In this document: positions 17,187 through 25,494 of the stretch, one piece after another
Layout: each line of letters starts with the position of its first letter
Numbering within the stretch: position 1 is the first letter of the stretch
DNA from: Omnitrophica bacterium GWA2_41_15
GTDB taxonomy: Bacteria > Omnitrophota > Gorgyraeia > Gygaellales > UBA12090
Direction of reading: 5' to 3'
DNA length: 64,000 nucleotides
NCBI GenBank assembly: GCA_919902675.1
Contig: CAKKRH010000020.1
Span: 5,110-69,109, forward strand
Program-made: the position numbers and the translations under genes
The notes under the pieces: generated by a model
What the model was told of the DNA's origin: nothing
Databases searched by the model: none
What the model saw: the letters and a program-made list of their open reading frames with translations, nothing else

Positions 17187-18077
17187 ATGAAAATTAAGCT
17201 CAAATCCACTTTAGAGAATTACCTTTTTGTCCTGCCCGCCTTTGTTATTTTCTCTATTTTTTATATTTATCCTTTTTCTCAGGTGTTTTTTTTAGGGTTG
17301 TATGAGTGGGACGGTATTTTACCGACCAAGACCTTTGTGGGTTTAAATAATTTTAAGGATATATTTTTTTCTGACCCAATCTGGTGGAAGTCAATGCTCC
17401 AGGCCGGCTGGATTACCATAATTGCCCTGATCTTTCAGAATGTCCTGGCATTTCTTTTGGCCTGGGCCTGTGATAGAGAGATAAAACTTAAAAACTGGTA
17501 CCGGCTGATTTTCTTTCTTCCGCCTATTCTATCCGAGGTGGTGGTGGGTTTGGTCTGGCAGTGGATTTTGGAGGGCAATTATGGGCTCTTAAACAGCTGG
17601 CTGAATAATTTAGGGTTAGCCCATTTAACCAGAAATTGGCTGAACGATCCCAAAACCGCCCTTAACTGCGTGGCTATTGTGCACTGTTGGAAGGGTTTTG
17701 GCTGGGGATTTTTGATATTCCTGGCCGGCCTGCAGACCATACCCAGAGAACTTTATGAGGCGGCCAGGGTTGACGGGGCCAGTTCCTGGACAGCCTTTAG
17801 AAAGATCACTCTTCCTTTAATGGTTCCGGTGGCCATCTTAGTGGCCATTCTTACTATATTAGGCACAATGCAGGCCTTTGTTCTGATAATTTCCATGACC
17901 GGAGGCGGCCCGGCCTATCATACCCAGGTGCCGGTCTTAAGGATCCTGGCTTCAATGCGGGATTCCGGGCGTTTCGGCTATGCCTGCGCCCAGGGAATTG
18001 TCTTTGGGGTTATCTTAGTGGCTGTTTCTTTTATCCAATACCGCTTCTCCAAGAGAAGCCAGGCCCGAGGGGCGTAA
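17187..18077 (+). CDS. Sugar ABC transporter permease (MalF-like)
   Basis: Polytopic membrane protein with EAA loop 'EAARVDGASSWTAFRKITLPL'. Confidence 0.85.
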   Translation: MKIKLKSTLENYLFVLPAFVIFSIFYIYPFSQVFFLGLYEWDGILPTKTFVGLNNFKDIFFSDPIWWKSMLQAGWITIIALIFQNVLAFLLAWACDREIKLKNWYRLIFFLPPILSEVVVGLVWQWILEGNYGLLNSWLNNLGLAHLTRNWLNDPKTALNCVAIVHCWKGFGWGFLIFLAGLQTIPRELYEAARVDGASSWTAFRKITLPLMVPVAILVAILTILGTMQAFVLIISMTGGGPAYHTQVPVLRILASMRDSGRFGYACAQGIVFGVILVAVSFIQYRFSKRSQARGA

Positions 18078-18081
18078 GAAG

Positions 18082-18130
18082 CCTTCAGCTTTCAGCTGAT
18101 AGCCGAAAGCCGAAAACAGAAAGCCGAAAA
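18082..18130. repeat. Intercistronic word element built from 'ttcagc' and 'gccgaaa' words
   Basis: 'ccttcagctttcagctgatagccgaaagccgaaaacagaaagccgaaaa' fills the gap between the two permease genes. The arms are imperfectly complementary. It shares the 'ttcagc' word with 23865-23907. Confidence 0.55.
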
Positions 18131-18979
18131 ATGAAAAATCCTTTATATTATAAAACCAAGAATATCGCGGTTAATACAGTTATCCATATCTTTCTGCTTA
18201 CGATTGCGGTAAGCTGCGTCTTTCCTCTTTTATGGATGATTGGCTCAAGCCTCAAAACGCAGAGCACTATATTTTCGGATGTCTCTTTGATTCCCCGTCA
18301 GATGCATTGGGAAAATTATTATATTGCCTGGAAAGAAGGCGGATTCGGCAGGTATTTTATTAACAGCATTTTTTATACCACCGCGGTGGTTATCGGAATA
18401 ATCGTGGTCTCTTCTTTGGCGGCTTATGCCTTTTCCCGTTTTAATTTCCGTGGAAAAAATCTGATGTTTTACGCTTTTATGGCGGCAATGATGATACCTA
18501 TCCCGGGAAGCTTCGTTCCTTTATATGTCCTTTTAAATAAACTGCATTTGAGGAATACCCAGTTAGGCTATATTCTCTGTATGATAAATGTGGGACTATC
18601 CACCAGCATATTCTTGTTCAAGACTTTTTTTGACAAAATGCCCCGTGAGCTTGAGGACGCCGCCAGGATTGACGGCTGCACTAAATTCGGGATATGGTGG
18701 AATGTGGCTTTACCTTTAGCCAAGCCGGTTCTTGCGGTGGTGGTGGTTTTTAACGCTCTTAATGTCTGGAATGAGTATTTGCTGGCCCTGTTGATTTTTG
18801 ACAGCCGTTCTCTGATGCCTCTGCAGGTGGCTTTGATGACCTTTCAGGGGGAATATATTACCCGTTATCATCTTTTGATGGCCGGCCTGACCATAACCGC
18901 CATACCCATAATTATTGTCTATTGCCTGATGCAGAAATATATCGTCAAAGGCGTGACCCAGGGGGCGATTGTAGGATGA
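18131..18979 (+). CDS. Sugar ABC transporter permease (MalG-like)
   Basis: EAA loop 'EDAARIDGCTKFGIWWNVALPL'. Polytopic membrane protein. Confidence 0.85.
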   Translation: MKNPLYYKTKNIAVNTVIHIFLLTIAVSCVFPLLWMIGSSLKTQSTIFSDVSLIPRQMHWENYYIAWKEGGFGRYFINSIFYTTAVVIGIIVVSSLAAYAFSRFNFRGKNLMFYAFMAAMMIPIPGSFVPLYVLLNKLHLRNTQLGYILCMINVGLSTSIFLFKTFFDKMPRELEDAARIDGCTKFGIWWNVALPLAKPVLAVVVVFNALNVWNEYLLALLIFDSRSLMPLQVALMTFQGEYITRYHLLMAGLTITAIPIIIVYCLMQKYIVKGVTQGAIVG

Positions 18980-21291
18980 GAGCAAAAGGCAAAATTACAA
19001 GTAAAAACTTAAAAGTCGCTTACTTTTTACTTTTAAGTTTTGGTTTTACCTTTTTACTTTTTACTTTTGCCTTTGCGGATGGGGATTTATCTTCCTCTGA
19101 CCTGATCACCAAGGCTTGGGCGGCGCAGGGGGAGAAAAAATTTGAAGCGGTATTTAAGTATACTCAAGAGTGTATTGACCTCTATAAAGAGCAGGCGGAC
19201 AAGGAACATTCTACCTTAAAGGATTATCCGGCCAAAGAACAGGCTCCTTTATCTGATGTGGCAGTGGCTTATTTTATCCAAGCCGAGGCCCTGATGCGCC
19301 AGGGAAGGCTTAAAGAGGCCAGGGAAAAGTTTCAGTTTGTGTTTGAGCATTACCGTTACGCGGTGGCCTGGGATCCTTCCCGGGGAATTTATTGGAAGGT
19401 GGCCCAAGTCGCTAAAGAAAGCGTTGATAAAATCAGCGAAGAGCTTAGCGGACAAGGTAAAGAGTCCAAGGAGTCGGTTAAGCCTAAGGGGCCTAAGACT
19501 TCAATTACCCTTTATGATGCCGGGACCGAAGAGGTGGTTAACTATGAAAAATACGGCGAATTCACCAATATAGGAAGCAAAGAATATAAGTATATAATTA
19601 AAGATCAGGAGGGATTATCCCGCGCGGTCGGGGAGGGAATATATCCTAATACCACCTCAGTCAGATGGGACCCCAACTTCCAAAAGCTTAAAAAAGATAA
19701 GCGTATGGCAGGTTCGCATTGGGATTTTGTGAATTCACCGGATTTAGAAGCGGCTTTTTTAAAATGGGCCTCTTCCACCGAGCCGGAGGGGGTCCGACTT
19801 TACTATACCGGATTGATTTTAGAAAAAAGCGGCTTGTTAAAGTCCGCGATCAAGGCTTATTATTCAATCGCAGTGCATTATCCCGGGGCTATAGGCTGGA
19901 CCTATTGGCATACTCCTTGGTATGTGGGTCAGGCGGCAATTGCCAAGATAAGCTTTCTTCTCAAGCGGCATCCAGAACTGGGCTTAAGGCTGAGTGAGGC
20001 TAGGGTCCGTATTGTCAACGGCTATGATAATGACATAAGTAACGACATTATTATTACTAATCCGGGCAAGTTAGAAAAAATTTCGGTTAAAACCGCCAAT
20101 ATCTTAAGCAAGGCCAAGGATGTCTTTGGCAAGCTCGCCCGGAAGAAAGAAATTAAAAAGACTGTTGGTGAGGGTAAAGTTAAATTAGTACAGTATCAGG
20201 ATTCTTCCTGGCAGGTCTTAGTTGAGAATGAGCCTTTTGTGGTTAAGGCTCTTACCTATGCCCCGACAAAAATAGGCCAGTCGCCTGATGAAGGAACACT
20301 GGGTAATTGGATGAGAGAGGATTTCAACCACAACGGCAAAATCGACGGCCCTTACGATAGTTATTTAGAGGATAATCCTGGTAAGCCGGTCGGCGATTTT
20401 CAACTAATGAAGTATATGGGAGTAAATTCCATCCGGCTCTATCATCACCCTAAGGAAATCAATAAAGAATTGCTCCGGGATTTATACCACACCTACGGGA
20501 TAAGGGTAATGATCGGAGATTTTTTGGGAAAATACGCCCTGGGTTCAGGCGCTCCCTGGAATCCCGGCACTGACTATCGTAATCCTGAACACCAAAAAAA
20601 TATGCTGGAGTCGGTCCGGAAAATGGTTGAGGAATTTAAGGATGAGCCTTATGTTTTATTCTGGATTTTGGGAAATGAGAATGTCTATGGGGTGGCTTGT
20701 AACGCGGACAAAGACCCGGAGGGTTTTTTTCAATTTGCCAATCAGGCCGCGCTTTTAATAAAATCTTTGGATAAGGATCATCCGGTGGCCATTGCCAGCG
20801 GGGATGTCATCTACCTGGACCGTTTTGCCAAGTTTTCGCCGGATGTTGATATATTTGGCAGTAATGTCTACCGCGGAGATTATGGCTTCGGAAGCCTCTG
20901 GTATTCAGTGAAGGAGGAGGCGGATAAACCGGTTATGCTCACTGAATTCGGCTGTCCGGCTTATGCTGAAGGCCTCACTCAAGAAGAGGCGGAAGAGGCC
21001 CAGGCTAATTATCACAAGGGAGCCTGGGATGATATCCTCTGTAATATGAATGTTAACTGCGGCTCGGGAAACTCTATTGGCGGGATAGCCTTTGAGTTTA
21101 TGGATGAATGGTGGAAGGCCTATGAGCCCTCAAAGCACGATACCAAAGGTTTTTTTACCGGGCCTTTTCCTGATGGATATATGCATGAGGAGTGGCTGGG
21201 AATAGTATCTCAAGCCGACGGCAAGGACAGCCCTTTTAAGAGGCGCCCGCGCAAAAGCTATTATATGTATCAGAAGGCCTGGGAGCAGTAA
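18976..21291 (+). CDS. Secreted glycoside hydrolase, clan GH-A-like (beta/alpha)8 C-terminal half with TPR-like N-terminal half
   Basis: ATGA overlap with the permease stop (ATG 18976-18978, TGA 18977-18979). Signal peptide 'MRAKGKITSKNLKVAYFLLLSFGFTFLLFTFAFA'. 'ILGNENVYG' is a candidate NE acid/base and 'MLTEFGCPAY' a candidate nucleophile. The GH family is not assignable by eye. The track start at 18922 is less likely. Confidence 0.7.
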   Translation: MRAKGKITSKNLKVAYFLLLSFGFTFLLFTFAFADGDLSSSDLITKAWAAQGEKKFEAVFKYTQECIDLYKEQADKEHSTLKDYPAKEQAPLSDVAVAYFIQAEALMRQGRLKEAREKFQFVFEHYRYAVAWDPSRGIYWKVAQVAKESVDKISEELSGQGKESKESVKPKGPKTSITLYDAGTEEVVNYEKYGEFTNIGSKEYKYIIKDQEGLSRAVGEGIYPNTTSVRWDPNFQKLKKDKRMAGSHWDFVNSPDLEAAFLKWASSTEPEGVRLYYTGLILEKSGLLKSAIKAYYSIAVHYPGAIGWTYWHTPWYVGQAAIAKISFLLKRHPELGLRLSEARVRIVNGYDNDISNDIIITNPGKLEKISVKTANILSKAKDVFGKLARKKEIKKTVGEGKVKLVQYQDSSWQVLVENEPFVVKALTYAPTKIGQSPDEGTLGNWMREDFNHNGKIDGPYDSYLEDNPGKPVGDFQLMKYMGVNSIRLYHHPKEINKELLRDLYHTYGIRVMIGDFLGKYALGSGAPWNPGTDYRNPEHQKNMLESVRKMVEEFKDEPYVLFWILGNENVYGVACNADKDPEGFFQFANQAALLIKSLDKDHPVAIASGDVIYLDRFAKFSPDVDIFGSNVYRGDYGFGSLWYSVKEEADKPVMLTEFGCPAYAEGLTQEEAEEAQANYHKGAWDDILCNMNVNCGSGNSIGGIAFEFMDEWWKAYEPSKHDTKGFFTGPFPDGYMHEEWLGIVSQADGKDSPFKRRPRKSYYMYQKAWEQ
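18982..19076. repeat. Imperfect 95-bp word palindrome coinciding with the signal-peptide codons
   Basis: Exact core 'aaaacttaaaagt' (19004-19016) versus 'acttttaagtttt' (19029-19041). Outer 'gcaaaaggcaaaa' versus 'ttttgcctttgc'. Shares the 16-mer 'aaggcaaaagtaaaaa' with the element at 32367-32461 (here on the complementary strand). Confidence 0.75.
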
Positions 21292-21333
21292 AACAAAGCT
21301 AAGAGTTAAGAATTAAGAAAAGGAGGAAGTAAA

Positions 21334-22527
21334 ATGAATAAGAAAGTGTTGGTTGTTATGGTGGGTTTTTTGGCAGCTGCCAATCTTTGCCCGGCGGCGG
21401 AAGAGGCGGTTGTCCCCGCGGCAGTTAGTGAAAAAGAGGTTAGTCAGGTGAAAGAGGCCGTCAAGAGTTTTAAGGTTTATACCGATAGGCAGACTTCGGA
21501 TAACCACTATGCCCCTTCCGGGTGGATGGGCGATGTCGCCGATATTAAAATCAACGATCAGTCAACCGATAACCCTCACAGCGGGACAACCGCTATCCAG
21601 TTTACCTATAGTGCCAAAAAGTCTCAAGGTCAGGGTTGGGCGGGCGTATATTGGCAGAATCCGGCTAATAATTGGGGATCTAAAAAAGGCGGATTTGATT
21701 TAACCGGGATGACCAAGCTTTCCTTCTGGGCCAGAGGGCAAAAAGGGGGAGAGATAATCCAGAAAGTTAAGGTTGGGGGAATTAAGGGCGTCTATCCGGA
21801 TACCGCTGAGATAGAATCCGGCCCGATAGAGCTTACGGATAGCTGGCAGGAATATACCATTAATCTGGTTGATAAGGACCTTTCTTATATCAGCGGTGGT
21901 TTTTCCTGGGTGGCTACTGCCGACCAAAATTCGGAAGGGGCCGTATTCTTTCTGGATGATATAAAATTTGAGGCTGATGTATCGATAAAAGCGGCCAAGA
22001 AAGAAGCGCAAAAGATGCCTTTTTATGTCTTTGCCGACAGGCGTTCGGTGGGAAATCATTTTATCCCTTCCGGATGGATGGGCGATTACGGCGATATTAA
22101 GATAGATACCGGATGGAAAGATAATCCTTATATGGGAGATACCTGTGTTAAGATTACCTATAGCGGCAAGAATTCACAAGGGGCCCGCTGGGCCGGGATG
22201 TATTGGCAGAATCCTCCGAATAACTGGGGTTCTATTGACGGTGGTTATGATTTAAGCTCTGCCGGAAAGGTTACCTTTTGGGCCAGGGGCGAGAGTGGCG
22301 GCGAGAGAATTGAAGAGTTTAAGATCGGCGGGATTATGGGTGAGTTTTCAGACACGGATATCGCCTCAGTCGGCCCGGTGATTTTAACCAAAGAATGGCA
22401 GCAGTATTCCATTGATTTAAAAGGCAAAGACATTTCCTATATTAGCGGCGGTTTTTGTTGGGCTACCAACGTGGATGTAAATCCGGAAGGGGCCACATTT
22501 TATCTTGATGAAATAAAGTATGAATAA
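21334..22527 (+). CDS. Secreted protein with two tandem carbohydrate-binding-module-like domains
   Basis: Signal peptide. Two about 180-aa repeats sharing 'PSGWMGD..DIKI...DNP..G.T..(Q/K)(F/I)TYS.K.SQG..WAG(V/M)YWQNP.NNWGS..GG(F/Y)DL...K(L/V)(S/T)FWARG..GGE'. Confidence 0.6.
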   Translation: MNKKVLVVMVGFLAAANLCPAAEEAVVPAAVSEKEVSQVKEAVKSFKVYTDRQTSDNHYAPSGWMGDVADIKINDQSTDNPHSGTTAIQFTYSAKKSQGQGWAGVYWQNPANNWGSKKGGFDLTGMTKLSFWARGQKGGEIIQKVKVGGIKGVYPDTAEIESGPIELTDSWQEYTINLVDKDLSYISGGFSWVATADQNSEGAVFFLDDIKFEADVSIKAAKKEAQKMPFYVFADRRSVGNHFIPSGWMGDYGDIKIDTGWKDNPYMGDTCVKITYSGKNSQGARWAGMYWQNPPNNWGSIDGGYDLSSAGKVTFWARGESGGERIEEFKIGGIMGEFSDTDIASVGPVILTKEWQQYSIDLKGKDISYISGGFCWATNVDVNPEGATFYLDEIKYE

Positions 22528-23830
22528 TAAGAAATCGCTGAACTGCGCGGAACCATGCGGAATTTTCCGCGTAATTCCGCGTTCTGTTCCGCGTAGTTCA
22601 GCGATAACCCTGCTTTTTTCTTTTCTCTTTCTGACCGGAATGGCCTCCCGGCCGCTTCCGGAAGTCCGAATCCGCAAGCTGAAAAATAACGCCTACCAGT
22701 TATTAGTTAAAAATAAACCTTATTTTATCAAGGGAGTGTGTTATTCGCCTGTTCCGGTAGGCCAGGGGCATGAGTATGATTTTTGGTCTGATCCTAGCGA
22801 ACCCTGGAAGATAGACGGCAAGCTGATGCGGGAGATGGGGATAAATACCGTGCGTTTTTATCAGCTTCCGGTTAATCCGGATAGCGCTAAGAAGGTCATT
22901 AATGATTTGTATCAGCTTTATGGAATTCGCTCCATATTAGGTAATTGGCTGGGTTTCTGGGAATATCCCTGCCCAAGATACGCTGATAAAGACTTTAGGG
23001 AAAAAGTTAAAAAAGATGTGCTGGATATGGTCAGGACTTATAAAGATGAGCCAGGGGTTCTCTTGTGGATTATGGGAAACGAGAATAATTATTCATTCTC
23101 GGAGAGGATAAATTCGTGGGGTTCTCCGGAAATTGACGCGATTACCGATGTTCGAAAACGCTGTGATATCCGGGCGGGAATTTATTATAGTTTTGTTAAT
23201 GAATTAGCCAGGGAGATACATCTGATTGATTTTAATCATCCGGTGGCTTTGGGTAACGGGGAATTAATTTCCCTGGAGGCGGCTAATCAGGTTTGCCCGG
23301 ATATTGATTTGGTGGCGCTTATCGTCTATCGGGGAAAGACCTTTGGCAACCTTTTTAAGTCTTTGAGAGCGACTTTTGATAAGCCGCTTTTGATCAGCGA
23401 ATTTGGTGCCGATAGTTATGATGCTTACCTTAAGAAAGAAGACCAAAACGCGCAGGCGCTTTTCTTAGAGTCCCAATGGAGAGAAATTTTTAAACATTCA
23501 TATCCGAATAAGGAGGGGGCCCAGAATTGCTTAGGCGCGACGATGTTTGAGTGGACGGATGAATGGTGGAAGCATGATGAGGCTTCACCGGAAAGCTGGA
23601 AAATTCAGGATACCGAAAGCAACTGGTCAAACGGAAGTTATTATTTTGACATCAAAGCCGAGCGGAATATGAATATGAACGAGGAGTGGTTTGGGATCGC
23701 GGCCTTGTCCGAAGAGCTGGAAAATGGAGTAAATAAAAGGGTTTTGCGCAAGGCATATTATGTCTTGCGGGAATTTTGGAAAAATCCGGTTTTAAATCAT
23801 AAAGACAAAAAGAGGGTTAAGCCCAAATGA
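22520..23830 (+). CDS. Glycoside hydrolase, clan GH-A-like (paralogue of the C-terminal half of 18976-21291)
   Basis: 'IMGNENNYS', 'LISEFGADSY', 'FEWTDEWWKH', parallel to 'ILGNENVYG', 'LTEFGCPAY', 'FEFMDEWWKA'. 8-nt overlap with the upstream stop. The N-terminus is read through a GC-word palindrome, so the start is somewhat uncertain. Confidence 0.65.
   Translation: MNNKKSLNCAEPCGIFRVIPRSVPRSSAITLLFSFLFLTGMASRPLPEVRIRKLKNNAYQLLVKNKPYFIKGVCYSPVPVGQGHEYDFWSDPSEPWKIDGKLMREMGINTVRFYQLPVNPDSAKKVINDLYQLYGIRSILGNWLGFWEYPCPRYADKDFREKVKKDVLDMVRTYKDEPGVLLWIMGNENNYSFSERINSWGSPEIDAITDVRKRCDIRAGIYYSFVNELAREIHLIDFNHPVALGNGELISLEAANQVCPDIDLVALIVYRGKTFGNLFKSLRATFDKPLLISEFGADSYDAYLKKEDQNAQALFLESQWREIFKHSYPNKEGAQNCLGATMFEWTDEWWKHDEASPESWKIQDTESNWSNGSYYFDIKAERNMNMNEEWFGIAALSEELENGVNKRVLRKAYYVLREFWKNPVLNHKDKKRVKPK
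22534..22605. repeat. Nested GC-word palindrome ('cgcgtagttcagcg' family)
   Basis: 'atcgctgaactgcgcggaac' versus 'gttccgcgtagttcagcgat' (19/20 complementary), with inner 'gcggaattttccgc'. Related copies at 63078-63147 and 35914-35950. Confidence 0.75.
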
Positions 23831-25494
23831 CAAAGCAAAAGCAAAGATTGCTATTTATCTTTTTTTCAGCTTTCAGCCTTCAGCTTTCAGCCTTCAGCTT
23901 TCAGCTTGGAGCGCGAGAGCCTGACAGTGGAAGGCTTAAGCAATTAGAAGAGCAAATTTTGGCCAATCCTAAAGATAACTTAAGTTTACCAAAGTTAGAA
24001 GAGCTGAGCAGTTTATATTTGGAAGGTCATCAGTATAATCAGCTGGTGGATTTTTTACGCAAGCAGGAATTGATTGCTGTTTCTGGTTGTGAATTGCCTT
24101 TAGGCTACTATATAGGATTGTGCCGCTATCATCAATTAAGGCATTTGGAAGAAACCAAGAATTGGCAGGAGTATTTTGACCGGGGCGGCTTTTATAGAGA
24201 AGAGCTGTTTCAAGAGACCATGAAAACAGTTTCTTTATGCCTGGAATCTCCTTTGGTGATTAAAGCTCAGGTTATCAACTGGCTTGAACATAAGGCCCAA
24301 AATGACTCTTTAGGTAAAGGCGCCTTAGATAAATTGATAAGCTTACTTAACAACTATGTCCGACAAGACGCGGCAGGCCTTTCTTCTGTGGAGGGGGAAG
24401 TCTCGCCCTCTGGGTTAGATATGGAAGTAATCAAGGAAACAGCGGATATTTTACAAAGAGAAGGAGAGCCGGCTTTAGCCAGGGCCGCGTATAATCTTTA
24501 TGTCGGCCGTTTAGATGACTCTAAAACAGCTAAGGAAGAGCTGCGCTTGGCCGCCGAGAGCGCTTTAGAGAGCGGGAATATCTCTTTGGCTGAAATTATC
24601 TACGAACGTTATATCAATGGCATTAAGGGGTCTTTTTCTAAAGAAGATTTGGCTAAAGAGTTGACGGCGATTGCCGAACAATTCAGGTTTAAGGATATGG
24701 CTTATGCCGAGAAGATATCTGCTATTTTGGAAGAATCCTGCGGGACAGGCTGTTTCAGCGAGGAGCTTCAATACGCGCGGGCCTATAATTTACAGCGGTT
24801 AAGAGATTATTCTAAGGCGATACAGGAATATGAAAAGTTGGTGAAGAATTTTCCCGCGAGTCCGCGTATTGATGAGGCGGAATTTAAACTGGGCGTGCTT
24901 TATACCTATATAATATCTCAAAAGGAAGAAGGCTTAAATTATTGGCAAAAGGTTATTGAGCGCGATTCTGATTTAATCTTGGTTGTGGAAAGTTTATATC
25001 ATAAGGCCATGATCAACCAATACGCGCGATACTTTGATATGGCCATGGCGGACTACTCCAGGATTTTAGAGCGCGTTAATAACAATCCCGATTTTAAAGA
25101 ACTCACGGAGCGCGTCTACATAAGGCAAAAAGAGATTCAGGAGTCAAAACCTATGGAATATAACCTGAAGACCTTTCTTGACGTTTCTCTAAAAAAAGAG
25201 GGAATAATTGAATCTCAAGCATTAGCTCTTGATTTAATGGCTGAGCCTTTTAAGACAATTAGAGGCAGAGAGATAAAATTCAGCCTTAATCAGCCTCAGG
25301 TAATGACCGGTTGTCTAGTCCCCGCGCTTACTTATCTTTGGTCCGGAGATTTAGGCGGCATTTATCCCGTCCCCGTAACTCCGGAATTTTCCACTGCTTA
25401 TCAAACAAAAGGGGTCAAGGTTGTTAATGTGGTAGTCTTATCCGCCTTAGAGCCGGTGGGAAGCGCCTTGGAGATGGAGGATATAGATGAGTAA
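23827..25494 (+). CDS. Secreted TPR-repeat protein
   Basis: ATGA overlap with the upstream gene. Signal-like N-terminus. TPR-like segments such as 'YNLQRLRDYSKAIQEYEKLVKNFPASPRIDEAEFKLGVLY'. Confidence 0.6.
   Translation: MTKQKQRLLFIFFSAFSLQLSAFSFQLGAREPDSGRLKQLEEQILANPKDNLSLPKLEELSSLYLEGHQYNQLVDFLRKQELIAVSGCELPLGYYIGLCRYHQLRHLEETKNWQEYFDRGGFYREELFQETMKTVSLCLESPLVIKAQVINWLEHKAQNDSLGKGALDKLISLLNNYVRQDAAGLSSVEGEVSPSGLDMEVIKETADILQREGEPALARAAYNLYVGRLDDSKTAKEELRLAAESALESGNISLAEIIYERYINGIKGSFSKEDLAKELTAIAEQFRFKDMAYAEKISAILEESCGTGCFSEELQYARAYNLQRLRDYSKAIQEYEKLVKNFPASPRIDEAEFKLGVLYTYIISQKEEGLNYWQKVIERDSDLILVVESLYHKAMINQYARYFDMAMADYSRILERVNNNPDFKELTERVYIRQKEIQESKPMEYNLKTFLDVSLKKEGIIESQALALDLMAEPFKTIRGREIKFSLNQPQVMTGCLVPALTYLWSGDLGGIYPVPVTPEFSTAYQTKGVKVVNVVVLSALEPVGSALEMEDIDE
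23865..23907. repeat. Tandem 7-nt word repeat (tcagcyt x6) inside signal-peptide codons
   Basis: 'ttcagctttcagccttcagctttcagccttcagctttcagctt', translated as 'FSAFSLQLSAFSFQL'. Preceded by the A-rich word run 'caaagcaaaagcaaag' (23831-23846). Confidence 0.8.

Noticed and set aside
18922-18975. Upstream extension of the first hydrolase ORF (track start 18922, MPDAEIYRQRRDPGGDCR)
   Set aside because: This part overlaps the permease gene by 58 nt. The ATG at 18976 forms a classic ATGA stop/start overlap and yields a normal signal peptide.
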